From Nemertoderma westbladi (Eukaryota; Animalia; Xenacoelomorpha): a stretch of 47,826 bases of DNA. The stretch is from the NCBI GenBank assembly GCA_032718475.1, contig JAUCBJ010004238.1, forward strand, positions 1-47,826. Reading direction: 5' to 3'. The number at the start of each line of letters is the position of its first letter. The first letter of the stretch is position 1. Below the pieces are notes generated by a model, which did no database searches, was not told the origin of the DNA, and saw only the letters and a program-made list of their open reading frames with translations. This document shows positions 21,613 to 33,839 of this stretch, in pieces. The position numbers and the translations under genes were made by a program.

Positions 21613-22333
21613 AAGGGAGGGCAAGGGTGGACGGAAGACTCGTGAGCCTTTCTTATGATTTGTGATTTATTTGAATTTATATTTATATTTGTGTTTATTC
21701 CGAACTTATGCAATTTATATTATTCCGAACTTATGCAATTTATATTGTTCCGAATATTATGCAATTTATATTTTATAAGCAGTATTTGTATTTACAGTGA
21801 AATAGAAAGTAAGAGTAGATAGAAGACTCGTGGGCCTTTCTTATAGTTTCATTTGTAAAGTGTTATATTTTGTATTTAGAAAGTTTTATAGTTAGAAAGT
21901 TTTGTGCTCAGAAAGACTCATATTTGTAATTATTCCAAACTTATGCAATCTACATTTAGGTACGAAAGTATTTGTAATTACTTGAATTTATGCAATATTT
22001 GAGATGCAATAGTAGATGGAAGACTCGCGAGCCTTTCTTATTGTTTCATTTATTTGTATTTGTAATTGTTTGAATTTATGCAATATTTGAGATGCAATAG
22101 ATTTATATTGGTGAATTTAATTTAGATTTATATTGTACTTACTTAGTAAAGCCTTAAATACGTAAAGTTTGAATTTGTAATTATTTTTGTATCGAATCAT
22201 TACGTAGAAAGGAAGTATTGTTTGAAATTTAATTGTAAATATGTAAGTACGCCCTAAGTATTCTATAGTTTGATTGATTATTGGTGAAAACCGTATATTT
22301 TATGCACGATAATATCCTGTTTTCATGGAGCGG

Positions 22334-24242
22334 TATAGAATTATATTCCCTAAATGCCGTGGATTTTCAAAATTTTATTTTTATTCGAATTAACTTTGTA
22401 AAGATTGCTTTGAGTTCTCATTAGTATTGGTTCTATCATTTGTACATCTATCGGTCAAGTGGTTCAGTAGCTCAGTCGGTAGAGCGTTGGAAATTATATG
22501 TGTAGTAGGTGTTGAGTTCGAATCCTAGTAAGTGCGAATTATTTTTTGTGTAGAATTTCAACTCATTTAAATTAACCGCTACAAATTAATTGCATTTGTC
22601 TGTACCAATGAGACTGTAGTTATTTGATTGTAACCAATGTCGTGCAAGTTATATATTAGCTGGACCAATAGCTATCTTTAAAACCTTGTTAGAACCCATA
22701 GAACAATCGAGAATTTTCTCGATTGATTGCAGCACAAATTCGCTATATAAAGGTGCGATTTGTTCATTAGTTAACAACAATATCCTATATCTTATATCTC
22801 AATCTTCTCAGATTATCTTATCAATATTCTGTCGTGCTTAGTTTAATTCAGATTACATTGTATTATAATTATATCTTCTGTAATAAAGTCAGAATATTCT
22901 CTCAGCTTTTCTATCTGTTTTATCATGGATTCACTACGGTGAACAAACTTAGGGACAGGATGGCCGGCTAGAGATCGGGCCGCAGCAATGAACGGGAACA
23001 TCGGGGGAATGTAGACGAGAGACAACCCGCAATACCATCTAGAGTTATTCGCCCATCGCCTGAAAGGTTAGACAGCGTTCGATCCTTGCTACCTAAGTGT
23101 AAGACCAAAAGATCAAAAGGTAGACGTAGTGACACGCTGTAAGCCTAAAATTACATCATAGGGACTGTACTGTCTTGATTCAGGAAAAACCGCAGTAGAC
23201 CTTCATATTCCTACGGGGGGAGGGAGAGAGCGCAGGCAGATACTAGTACGCAGATAGGACGTAGGCACACCGGTACGAAGCATACAATTGGTTAGGGTGC
23301 AGCAAACTGTACGCTTAACTCTTGCTAAGTACAGGTGTGTGTGCGACTATTTGTAGTACGACAGTGTCCATTGCATTAGAACTTGTAGGCTAGGGGGGTT
23401 GCTGTGTTTTCACCTGAATTAGGATTGTACCGTTCAGGCGGTAGGGCAGTTTACACTAGGCGCAAATAAATTGAGGCTATCAGGGATATACTAACATCTA
23501 CCGTGTCCCCGCCAACGCCCTAATAGGAAGTTACCCGGACTACCTGGGTGACTAAAATTCTAGATAGGAGCCAGGATAGCTATTAGTACCCGTACGCCTA
23601 CAGTAGTAAACTAACACATCTCTTCTTAGTATCAGGGACCTGGTACCTAAAATTGCCGAATTCTGGGCGTAGTATTAACCTTATGCCTGAATTTGAGTCC
23701 TGGAAATACGCAAGAGGGGAAGGAACCTTATCATTCGTGAGTATTAGACCTACAAGTTACAAAATTAGAATATTCGTAAAATGCACACCGTACCCAGTAA
23801 TTATATATGTGAAGGAGCAAAACTGCTTTGACCGTTCAGAATTGACACGCGCGCGTTTGAAATTATTTACACCTCAAAATATATAAAATTAACTTTCGTC
23901 CTTACTGCACTTTGCTCGCTAGTTAGACATCTCCAAATATCTGCCTCTGTACCTAGCTAGCGTCCCTTTGCCCAACCATATAAATCACACCGCGGCAAAG
24001 TATACGAGCCCCTTAGTCCGTCAGTGAGTCAGCCTGATTTTAGGATTCGCTGCGCAGGATTTTGTTTTATCGAAGTTTGTCTGCTCGTAGACTGTTTTCT
24101 GCCTCACCGGTTATAAGAGATCGATACTGCAATATATTCGCTTACTTAGAGTTTACTGTTTTGGTGAGAAGGTCGGATTTATGATTTGATTCACAAACTT
24201 TACAGTAGGATATTGCAGGTATTGTTGCTGTCTCTTCAATTA
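22334..24242 (+). repeat. 3' LTR
   Basis: Copy of 8897-10805, preceded by short purine-rich GGAGCGG (candidate PPT). Confidence 0.95.
22461..22547 (+). ncRNA. tRNA-like Pol III cassette in the 3' LTR
   Basis: Copy of 9024-9110. Confidence 0.65.
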
Positions 24243-24610
24243 ATCATTACAATAAAGAAAGACATAATTTCGTAGGGGCTATGCCGATTTAGCCGTATTT
24301 CAAACTTTTCACCAGCTTCGTTGTATTGTGTAATAACAATAAACCCCTCTATCATGGATAATAGTAAGATGTTGGTTAATTTTCCCCCATGCTCAGCTTT
24401 CAGGTTGTAATCTAAAAGATGAATACTATTATCAGAAGCATCAATATCAATTGAGCTTAAAACTTTCCTGGCTTTTTCAGAAAATTCAATTTTATATTTA
24501 TCATCTCCCTGACGGTAAATTGTATAATCAATAACAATATAGGCTTGACCATCTTCTGCAAAAAATGAATGCCTTACTATTGGCATAACCATATTGGAAT
24601 CAGAAGACAT
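24243..24610 (-). pseudogene. Polinton hypothetical gene (147 aa when reconstituted), 5' part, truncated by the LTR insertion
   Basis: ATG ORF runs into the LTR end and stops there; continues in frame at 8891-8816 in the reconstructed empty site. Confidence 0.75.
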
Positions 24611-24839
24611 TATTTAATTTATTTTATTGTAAATCAAACAAACAAAGTAAAAACTTTTAAACTAAAACCATTACAAATGATTAATTGTGATTAAAGCAAG
24701 AGATTATATATAAGATATTTTCAAAAATAATACAGGTCTTAAACTGAGAAATAGCCTAAATTCGGTTTATTGATTGGTTGATTAGCTGGTAGGGAACTAC
24801 TGTATAAACAAAAAAATTATTGCGTAATAATAATCACTA

Positions 24840-25521
24840 ATACTCGTATACGCGTAGCTGGAACGTGACGGAATCTCATGTATCATACTGGTTGGTTTGT
24901 TGATTTGGCGACAGCAGTCGTGGAGTTGGCAATCAATAAAATATAATATATGCATGATGCGTGTAGTTGGTGGCCACGTTGTCAGCATATACAGTATACA
25001 GTGGTTGGTTGCGTGGATAGGAAATAACTATGGAAATATTCGTATACGTGTAGCTGGAACGTGGCGGAATTTCAACACGTATCATAATAGCGTTGGACTA
25101 CTGGTAGGCCGCTTGGTTGGTTGGATTGATTGGTTTGGCGACAGCCGTCGAGGAGTAGCCGTGGCTAGCGGTGGTGGTGGTGAGTTGGCAATCGATATAT
25201 AATATAATAGCGTAGTGGGGGCTAGCCATGCATCGTGAAGTTAGGTTACGCGAAGATGAATATGCGATGGTTGGTTGATGCAACAACGCGAATCAATACT
25301 CACGGGTGGTAACAGTTGTCGAGTAAGGCAGGCATCGCGAGGTTAGGCTACGCGTAGGTGATAAGCAACGATTGGTTGAAGGCAACGACGCGAATCAATA
25401 TTGATGGTGACAGATTGTCATTAAACATCGCGATTTAGCATCTTTTTAATAGCCCTCCGAGATGCAGCCTGTAGCCCAAGCTAGGGAGGAGTTGTGTGAG
25501 ATCTATGCTTCTCCTACTACT
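24840..25521. repeat. Polinton subterminal/TIR region with degenerate direct repeats and ACTACT terminus
   Basis: Repeat pairs ~24841/~25037 (CGTATACGYGTAGCTGGAACGTG) and ~25231/~25334 (CATCG...ACGCGAATCAATA); ends CCTACTACT. Confidence 0.65.
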
Positions 25522-25869
25522 CACACCTTCAGTCATGTCATTTTAAGAAATTCCTCTAGATATTTCTTCGATTATGCTGGTTATAGGGGTCACAGCTTAG
25601 AGGGTTAGGCCAATGACTTTACTTAATCTGTTAGTGCTCAGAGGATTAGAGTTCAGACTTCGGTGTTACATGACTGAACAGCTGAATGACAGTTTTGATA
25701 GTTTAATTACTAATTAAGGGTCGGCACAGGTTAGATACAGGGGACCCTTCTGAATGCTGATTTCAGAATCACAACGTATCCAGAAATCAATAATCAATAA
25801 TAATTGATAATAATCGTTAATCAATAATTGAAAAAATTCACCATTCCCTCGAAAATTTCACTTGTGCGA

Positions 25870-26650
25870 TTTAAAAATATTGATCTTAAGAAAGCCTTTG
25901 ACACCTATACAACCAATTTAGTCTGTAAACTAAATTGGAAATCTCATATAAACCTAGCTATAGGTTTATACCTATATATGGCTATAGGTATATATCTCAT
26001 ATAAACCTATATAGCCTAAGGTTCCACCTTGGTGTAGTGGTTGCATTGAATTCACATCTCCTGTAGGTCGTGGGTTCGATCCTCACATGGGCCAGGGCAG
26101 TTTTCGTTTCGGCACGAATGCTTTAAAGGGACTAGCCAGGGCGCATCTCTGCCTTTCATCCTTAAGTGGTAGCTAAATGAGTAATTCACCCTTTCCTACA
26201 GTACGGTATTCTACTTTGGAGCAGTACTCATTCCACCACCCTTCATCCACTTAGAGTTAAAATAAACAAAATTATCAGAAGCATTACTTTCAGTCACTCA
26301 CAATCGTCCTCTGCGCCTTTATACGAATCTCTAGTAATTCTACCTTTAAACTTACTGTATAAATACCAGATCGGCCTTTTCACGCATGATATCCACCACC
26401 ACATTATAAGCCCCACCTCTGAACTCGGTTCTTTATTTACTAAAACTTCATCTATACATAATTACGCCACCCGCTCTTCATCTTTAGGAAACTTTTATTT
26501 ACCGCTACTTCATCTAGAACCTCTTCCCAAATATCCATGTGTTTTCAAGGCCCATCTATGTGGAGTACCATCCCTTGTGATATGCGTAACAAAAAATCCA
26601 TACCTACATTTTCAAAAAAAATTACAAACTTCATTTAATTTCTAAATTAT
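25870..26650 (+). mobile_element. Degraded CR1/L2-group LINE fragments
   Basis: DLKKAFDT at ~25882; 26265-26640 translates to NKIIRSI...SAPLYESL.IL...IHNYATR...GPSMW..IP...TFSKK, a typical ORF2 C-terminus. Confidence 0.7.
26020..26185 (+). mobile_element. tRNA-derived SINE fragment
   Basis: A box TGGTGTAGTGG, B box GGTTCGATCC, followed by CTCTGCCTTTCATCC...TAAATGAGTA, which resembles a SINE central domain. Confidence 0.65.
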
Positions 26651-27035
26651 AACAAATCTCACTCCCATACAAATATCATATCACTGGCCTGCGTCATTGC
26701 TAATTTATTCCTAATTACAAAAATCTTAATTCCATGCACATTTGCACATCCGTCGCTGACGTCAGCTCACTACTGTAGATATTGTACATACAATAAGCAA
26801 CTATTTACAAGATTAGTCCCACTGTTCAAAAATATAATTAAGAAAAATCTAAACTAATAAAAACTACATATCCTAAATTATGAGTTCAGATGTAACCTCC
26901 CTCACTCTCCCTCCCTCTGAAAATTTAGTGAAAAAATAGGTTTTTAATTTTTTTTAATACCGGTATTGAATTGACAATAATTTTTGTTTGCAGTTCTTAA
27001 ACTCGGAAACTCCACATACGAGTGGAGTCGGTGAA

Positions 27036-29110
27036 GGGTGTTTGAAAAAGGTGGACTGGACACAGAAAACATGGACAACGGTAAGACCAATCAGAAACGT
27101 ATTAAGCAATGCAGTTTGTAGTGATTGGTCTGTCCAACTTTTTCAAGTTTTCGCTTTCTTAATTGCATAATTTGGAATAAGATGTGTGTTTGAAAAAGGT
27201 GGTCTGGACTCTGGACACAGGCAGACAGGCACATATAACATAGATAATAGTCTGACCAATCAGAAATTAAAGCAATGCTATTTCGTAGTGATTGGACTGT
27301 CCACCTTTTTCAGGTTTCAATCGGCATAATCGGCTGGAAACAGCTTCATTAAGAAATGCTATGCGTAAAATTGCGCCGCCACAACTATCACCCTTGACTT
27401 TCGCGAGATTATCCGCAACTTCAAAGACACAGTGTCTTTTAAGGGGCGTCTCAAGAAAGTCATGGTCTTTAATTAGTCAACTGTATACTGCTGTACTGTA
27501 ATAAATAATATTTTGGCCTACTGTATGTGAAGAATATCAGACTTTCTGCCGTTATATTTGCAGTCATCCCCATGTGAAGAATACCAGGTTTTCACCAAAA
27601 ACTCAGGTTACAGAAGGGCTGAATCTAACCAAAACAATAAACGAATTAGTATATGTACAGGTTATAAGACAGAAATAAGCGATATAAAACACATAATAAA
27701 GATAAATAAAAAAAAAATAAAAAACTTCATAAATAAAATTCCAATAAAATGTCGACCGAAAAGTGAAATCCTGGTATTCTTCACATGGGCGAATATTTTG
27801 TTTATTTAAGCTACGCAATAGTAAAATGACATCAAACTATTAATACTCGTCAAACTCGTCATTTTTAGCAATAAAACTACAGTACATAGGGTGTGACGGG
27901 AGCCGACGGAGTTGGCAGTATCAGCTCCCGACCGGTATGTGAGTTGTACGCGTCGCCGCGTCCGTGAGCTGCTGAGCTGTCGATATATGGATATATATAT
28001 TAGGCCGAAGGCCGTTAAAAATGACTGAGTTCTTGTTATCAGTAATAATAATCAAAGTAATCGATAATAGCACAGTCTGAATATAATAGCATGCAATACA
28101 GCCAGACAGCGGTTAGTGATGACGGTCAAAACTGTCCCGGTCTCACACTGTAAGGAAACCAACTAAACTAATAATCAATAATCACAACGGTTATATCACT
28201 GACACATGTTAAATTACCCCTACACTACAGGGTGGCCTTAATATCCAATAGATGCGCTCTTATCACCCCCAATGTGCTTTCCCGCCCACTAATGGCTTAA
28301 CCTGATTAATTCTCACCTCGCCACTCCCTGTTGCCGTTATCCCTCCGTGCTAGCCTTACTAGCTTGCTTGTCCCTCTGAGGTGGTTTGACCTCTCACCTT
28401 TCTCTGTGGCTTTACGGCGTGCGTCCCCCCCCCCCCCCCCCCCCCAGTTGGTTACGAGGTGAGATTATTATTGGTAATCTCACATCGCCAACTATATTGT
28501 TAAAATGCCACTGATCCCATTTTCGGTGGGTAGTGCACGGAATTGAATCCGCTTACATAGGGGGCCTATTGTACAATAAATAAAATACTTAATTTACCTT
28601 TTTGCGCCTCTATCCGACTTATTTACCTCCCTCACTGCGCTCGGTCGTTTAATTACAGATATCGGGACGAACGGTAAATGAAGCGTACCGTATTATATTT
28701 ACCGTACAGTACAATATATAGTATATTATAATTAACGTTATACTGTAATACGTTATAATAGTAACGTTACAATATTGATGCTAAGGCTCAGCTCACAAAC
28801 TTCGTTGCTCATCGCCCCACATTATTGAACTACTTGGACAAGCTCGATTGGTCACAGTAGGTATGGGATAATAATAACAATAATCCATAAAAACCTTCTG
28901 TAAATTTTTGAAAAACTTTATAATAAGCAAATCAATCTGATTGATCAATTCATTGCCTGTTCTTTCGCAACCCAGTCCACCTTATTCAAATTTGAAAAAG
29001 GTAAACAACAAAGCTGAAAAAGGTGGACATGCTGTGTGACGCAACTCGCCCGTGATTGGTCTGTCCATTGTCCATGTTTTCTGTGTCCAGTCCACCTTTT
29101 TCAAACACCC
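27036..29110. mobile_element. Non-autonomous inverted-repeat element(s) with ~60-bp TIR-like ends and a nested ~220-bp IR element (27569-27789)
   Basis: GGGTGTTTGAAAAAGGTGGACTGGACACAGAAAACATGGACAA at 27036 and its reverse complement ending 29110; CCCATGTGAAGAATACCAGG inverted pair inside; no TSD recognised. Confidence 0.6.
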
Positions 29111-29819
29111 GTCTGCCCGTCGGTGAACCAGTAAACTGTAAATAAAAAACTTTTTAATAAAAAACCTATAGGCCTACCCCCTAGGCTGCTAAGACAGTAG
29201 GATATACGACCAGTACCGGTACCACTGACAGACTGTACCAGTATACAGATATAGGCCAGTAGGCTGATAGAAGGCCTAAAACCTAAATATTTTTTTAAAA
29301 AACCTCTCCGTCAGCCCGTACAACCGTTTGCAATAAACCTAAACTTACCGGTATTTTTTGTCTTAAAAAAAATGAATTTTAAAGTTAAAATTTTTTTTTG
29401 TCTATTTCTGTATTTTTTTTACTCCAGCCTGCACCGCACCCTGCTGCCCTGCAGCCGTCAGGCCGCGTGCTTGCCGGTCCTACGACAGTACGAATTAATT
29501 ATAGGCACACGTTCTCTCGTTGTTGCTTGTAGCTTCCCCTCCCACCCTAGCACTAGCACTCGCACGCACGCACACCCGCCCCGCAGTCTGTGTGTGTACC
29601 TACCTAGCTGCCTAGTACTGTCAGACTGTAGTACAGTAGTACCTGCTGACCTGTAGTAGTAGAAATGTCGCTCTAATTTAAAACTATTGCCGGTAGGCCT
29701 ATATATTACTGCAAATGATACAATTACATCAAATACTACGAGTTCTATCGTCGCCCTCGGTTGAGAAACAATTGACCTGGGTGGGGTGGTTGCGTCGACG
29801 GCAGGCCACTGGTATAAAT

Positions 29820-31853
29820 ATGCGGTACGTCCACGGTTGGGACTACACCGGACCGAGAGGTGTGCACAAGTGGAAGGATCTATTCCCCGCATCCTGTGGC
29901 AAACTCCAGTCCCCTATAGATATACAGCAGTTACAAGCCTCTTACAATCCACAGCTATCACGGTCGCCATTGGCAACTAACTACAGCGGGGCTGTCGTCA
30001 AATATATTCAGAACAACGGCCATTCTGTCGTCGTGCGTTACGATGATAATCAGACGTACATGTTGGAAGGAGGTAAGTCTGTAAGTGATAGGCCTACCGC
30101 GACGAGTTGGAAGGAGGTAAGTCTGTAAGTGATAGGCCTACCGCGACGAGTTGGAAGGAGGTAAGTCTGTAAGTGATAGGCCTACCGCGACGAGTTGGAA
30201 GGAGGTAAGTCTGTAAGTGATAGGCCTACCGCGACGAGTTGGAAGGAGGTAAGTCTGTAAGTGATAGGCCTACCGCGACGAGTTGGAAGGAGGTAAGTCT
30301 GTAAGTGATAGGCCTACCGCGACGAGTTGGAAGGAGGTAAGTCTGTAAGTGATAGGCCTACCGCGACGAGTTGGAAGGAGGTAAGTCTGTAAGTGATAGG
30401 CCTACCGCGACGAGTTGGAAGGAGGTAAGTCTGTAAGTGATAGGCCTACCGCGACGAGTTGGAAGGAGGTAAGTCTGTAAGTGATAGGCCTACCGCGACG
30501 AGTTGGAAGGAGGTAAGTCTGTAAGTGATAGGCCTACCGCGACGAGTTGGAAGGAGGTAAGTCTGTAAGTGATAGGCCTACCGCGACGAGTTGGAAGGAG
30601 GTAAGTCTGTAAGTGATAGGCCTACCGCGACGAGTTGGAAGGAGGTAAGTCTGTAAGTGATAGGCCTACCGCGACGAGGATTATAGATGTCAGATATGAC
30701 TGTATGATTGTGATTGCACTGAAGTAAAGTACAGTAACGGTACACCATATCCAGGAATAATATAATCAGTAACTCAGATTACCGATTGGTGAGTCAGGAT
30801 TTTAAATATTGTTTCAAACATATCACATATCTCCATCTGTCACTAGATTGACGATATTCTGATATTGTGCAGCTGCAACCTGCCTCATCGCTGCTATTTT
30901 TCGGCATTATCATATTACTGTAAAAGAAGCGCAGAAATCTTTTCCAGCTGTTTCTCATCGAAATTCAGATTTTGTTACTGACTTAGACAACGTCAGCTTC
31001 CCATCAGTACCAAAGTAAAGTACCACTGTAATATTGAAGATATACTGTAATAATAACTGCGGTGTAGTCAGTAATTTGATCTATCTCTATCTCGCATTCA
31101 TACAATGTAAATATATCGGTTGTTGCAGGTCCCTTAACGGTGCCCTTCCATCTTCACCACTTCCACATGCACTGGGGGGACACAGACAACGATCGGGGTT
31201 CCGAACATTCAGTCGACGGCAAGTTCGACCAAGCTGAACTCCACATCGTCCATTGGAACAGCAGCTTATCAACGTTTAATGATGCTGTCAATCACTCAGA
31301 TGTTAGTTGCTATTGAGCTACCATTTACTGGTTAATTACCGGTACTTACTTACTAATCACTTTATCACTAGAATATAAACGATAACTTCAATGATTCACT
31401 GAGTATTCTCGTTGTGAAAATAACTTAAAGTTTTCCTTTTTTACGTCTTAGGGTTTGTGTGTTCTGGCTGTCCTCATCCGCGTTGGTGAAACTCCTCACC
31501 AACACTTCGATAAGATATCCCAACTCTTACCTCGGGTGGACAAGGAAGGCAGCCAGGTGGACCTTCAGTCCTTCACATACGACCCTTCTCTCCTCCTGCC
31601 GATGAACCACGACGCTTACTGGACCTATAAGGGATCTCTCACCACCCCGCCCTGTAACGAATGCGTCCGGTTTATCGTCTTTAAGGATCCCATCCACATC
31701 TCCAGTAAGCAGTTCGAACAGGTCATCAGCATCACCATGAAGGACGGCGACACGGACGCGGTGTATATCCGGAATAATTTCCGGCCGATTCAGGCGACCA
31801 ACGGCCGTCTCGTGGAGGCCTCCTTCAGAGCGAAACCCTGGGTGGATAAATAA
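29820..31853 (+). CDS. Alpha carbonic anhydrase, cytosolic type, 275 aa; exons 29820-30072, 31129-31301, 31452-31853
   Basis: QSPIDI, NNGHSV, FHMHWG (two Zn His), GSEH, ELHIVHWN (third His), YKGSLTTPPC, NFRPIQ; GT-AG introns with matching phases (1 and 0). Confidence 0.93.
30062..30677 (+). repeat. 44-bp minisatellite, 14 copies, spanning the CA exon1/intron1 junction
   Basis: Unit GTTGGAAGGAG|GTAAGTCTGTAAGTGATAGGCCTACCGCGACGA. Confidence 0.95.
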
Positions 31854-32241
31854 TAATACAGAAATCCCAATCGATTAGCATTTATTTATTAATTAATCAC
31901 CAATTAGCGTTATCGGCTGTATTACTTAAGTCCCACTGAGTGTTTCCTCGTCACATTTAGATGCATTTTGAAATCGTATTTATATTGGTGCAATTTTTTA
32001 GTTAACCTCATCGCTGTCGGTAACTAACCCGTTTGGTACACATCTAGATAATTATCACCCTCAGTGGTAGCGGCCTCAATCCCTCTTAAAACAATCACCT
32101 TCACCTAACCCTAAGTTATATGAGGCCTGGCCATCTTACCATAACCAAAATAGTAAACCAATGATCAATGGATGCAGTAAGAGACCGTCAAACAGAGGCT
32201 ATTTTATTCGAAAGCTAACAAAACTTTGGAGGATTCTTAAA

Positions 32242-32512
32242 CGGGGTTGCCTTGCCACTCACCTGGAAATCCTGGAATAGTCAGGTAATTTAATTTTTTC
32301 TTGAAAATGTCAGTGAATTCGTGTAAAAAATTGACAATTCAGGGAATGTGATATTTACAGGAAATGTGTCATAAAAGCGAAAATGTGTAAAAAAAATAAA
32401 GTCACAATTTGTCCAGAAAAATAAATATAGATAGAAAATATAGACGGAATATAAAGGGAATTTTTTCAAAAAAGTCAGGGAAAATTGAAAGAGAAATAGA
32501 GTGGCAACCCTG
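32242..32512. mobile_element. Short hAT-like MITE
   Basis: CGGGGTTGCC(TTGCC)ACTC ... GAGTGGCAACCCTG termini with internal GTCAGGGAA repeats; no TSD found. Confidence 0.5.
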
Positions 32513-33839
32513 TAAGTAGTTACCTAATGATGTGTGTCCTAAACGGGATAGTATTGTTTGGTAGTTGCGAGAGTTTACGATATTCGTGTATATCAACGTT
32601 ATCATAATTATTTATGGAGGAATGATCACATAATATATGATGGATTTGGATTGTAGTAGAACTTATTAATCTCTACACAATATTATAGCCGGAGTTGTGC
32701 AATAATAGTTAGCCTTGCAAACAATTCAATAGCTCGGCAGTATTTTTTAACCAATGTTTGTTTATTTATTTGAATTAACTTTATTGTACTGTTTACTTAT
32801 ATAAAGCGTCACTTGTTTGTTATAACTCGGTTTCTTTTCACTTCCTAGTGAATCTAACAAAATTAAAGGTTTATAATACGGAAGCGCAATAATAATTGTT
32901 GATTTTCTATTGGAGTTTTCATACAAACCGAGATTGTTGATGTCCGCGGATGTGTTGGTGTTCCAAAACATTAGATTTTTAAACATCCAGCCAATCAGGT
33001 AATCATATTAATTAATTATAATTAAATTAACGGAGTTTCTTCTGCAACACCCCATAATTACAATTATTTAAGTAATATATTTATATAAATAAATAGCGCA
33101 AGAAATATCGGTATTTATTTAATTAATTAGATTTATTTTATTTAGTATTTAAAATAAAATTATAATAAATATTAAACTTATTAGATATTAACAATAAACA
33201 ATGTTTGTTATTGTATTTTGGATCGTGGAACTGTAATTGTAATATATTTATATATTTTATGGTTTATATAATCACAATTTCATTAACCTATAAAGCTAAA
33301 TTGCTCGTCTTCGAATATTTCAAATTGTAATTCGAATCATCAAAGCCATTTTTATTCATTATTTAAAATTTAATTTTATAATTTACTAAACGAGGAATTT
33401 AACCCAGCCCATCAGATTTATCGACCTCAAAACCCTTGTATACAAAATATTGACTTGTTATTATATCATAAACTATTATGATTATTATTAAACTAAAATA
33501 AATTATTAAATTACGGTACATAGGAATTAATATTAATTATTGCACAATTAATTAAATTATTCGCGAATAAAAATTATTTATATTTTAGCATTCCAAAAGA
33601 GGAACATTGGTACAAATGGATAAGGTAATCGTTGGAGGCACTGATATTCGTTTCCTGTTGGATCACAGCTTACCTGTGGGGGGGGGGGGGGGGGGGGGTG
33701 GTAAGGTAATTCAAATTTAGTCGAACGTGTGTCTTCTAGGCTTATTCTCGTTCTGGCTGTTCGAGGGGTAACCGAGAGGTGTGAAGGTGGTGTTTTAGAT
33801 CCTCTTTCAAAGATTGAAAAAAAGGACAAAAGTTCAGGT

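Larger units (their letters stand above)
8897..24242 (+). mobile_element. BEL/Pao LTR retrotransposon, integrase-deleted, with extra 3' ORF
   Basis: Two 1909-bp direct repeats (offset 13437), ATCAT at 8892-8896 and 24243-24247, gag-PR-RT-RNase H with BEL/Pao motifs. Confidence 0.95.
1916..25521 (-). mobile_element. Polinton/Maverick (adintovirus-like) element, right part, interrupted by an LTR retrotransposon; left end not identified in this window
   Basis: Compact intronless minus-strand cluster of protease, MCP, pentons, core proteins and RVE integrase; terminal ...CTCCTACTACT at 25521 (AGTAGT on minus strand); no pPolB or packaging ATPase seen in the window. Confidence 0.9.

Noticed and set aside
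29715-29819. N-terminal extension of carbonic anhydrase from the upstream ATG
   Set aside because: Homology-like sequence starts at MRYVHGWDY (29820) and the extension is not signal-peptide-like; cannot be fully excluded
30062-30677. CRISPR-like appearance of the 44-bp and 17-bp arrays
   Set aside because: No unique spacers, no cas genes, eukaryotic context
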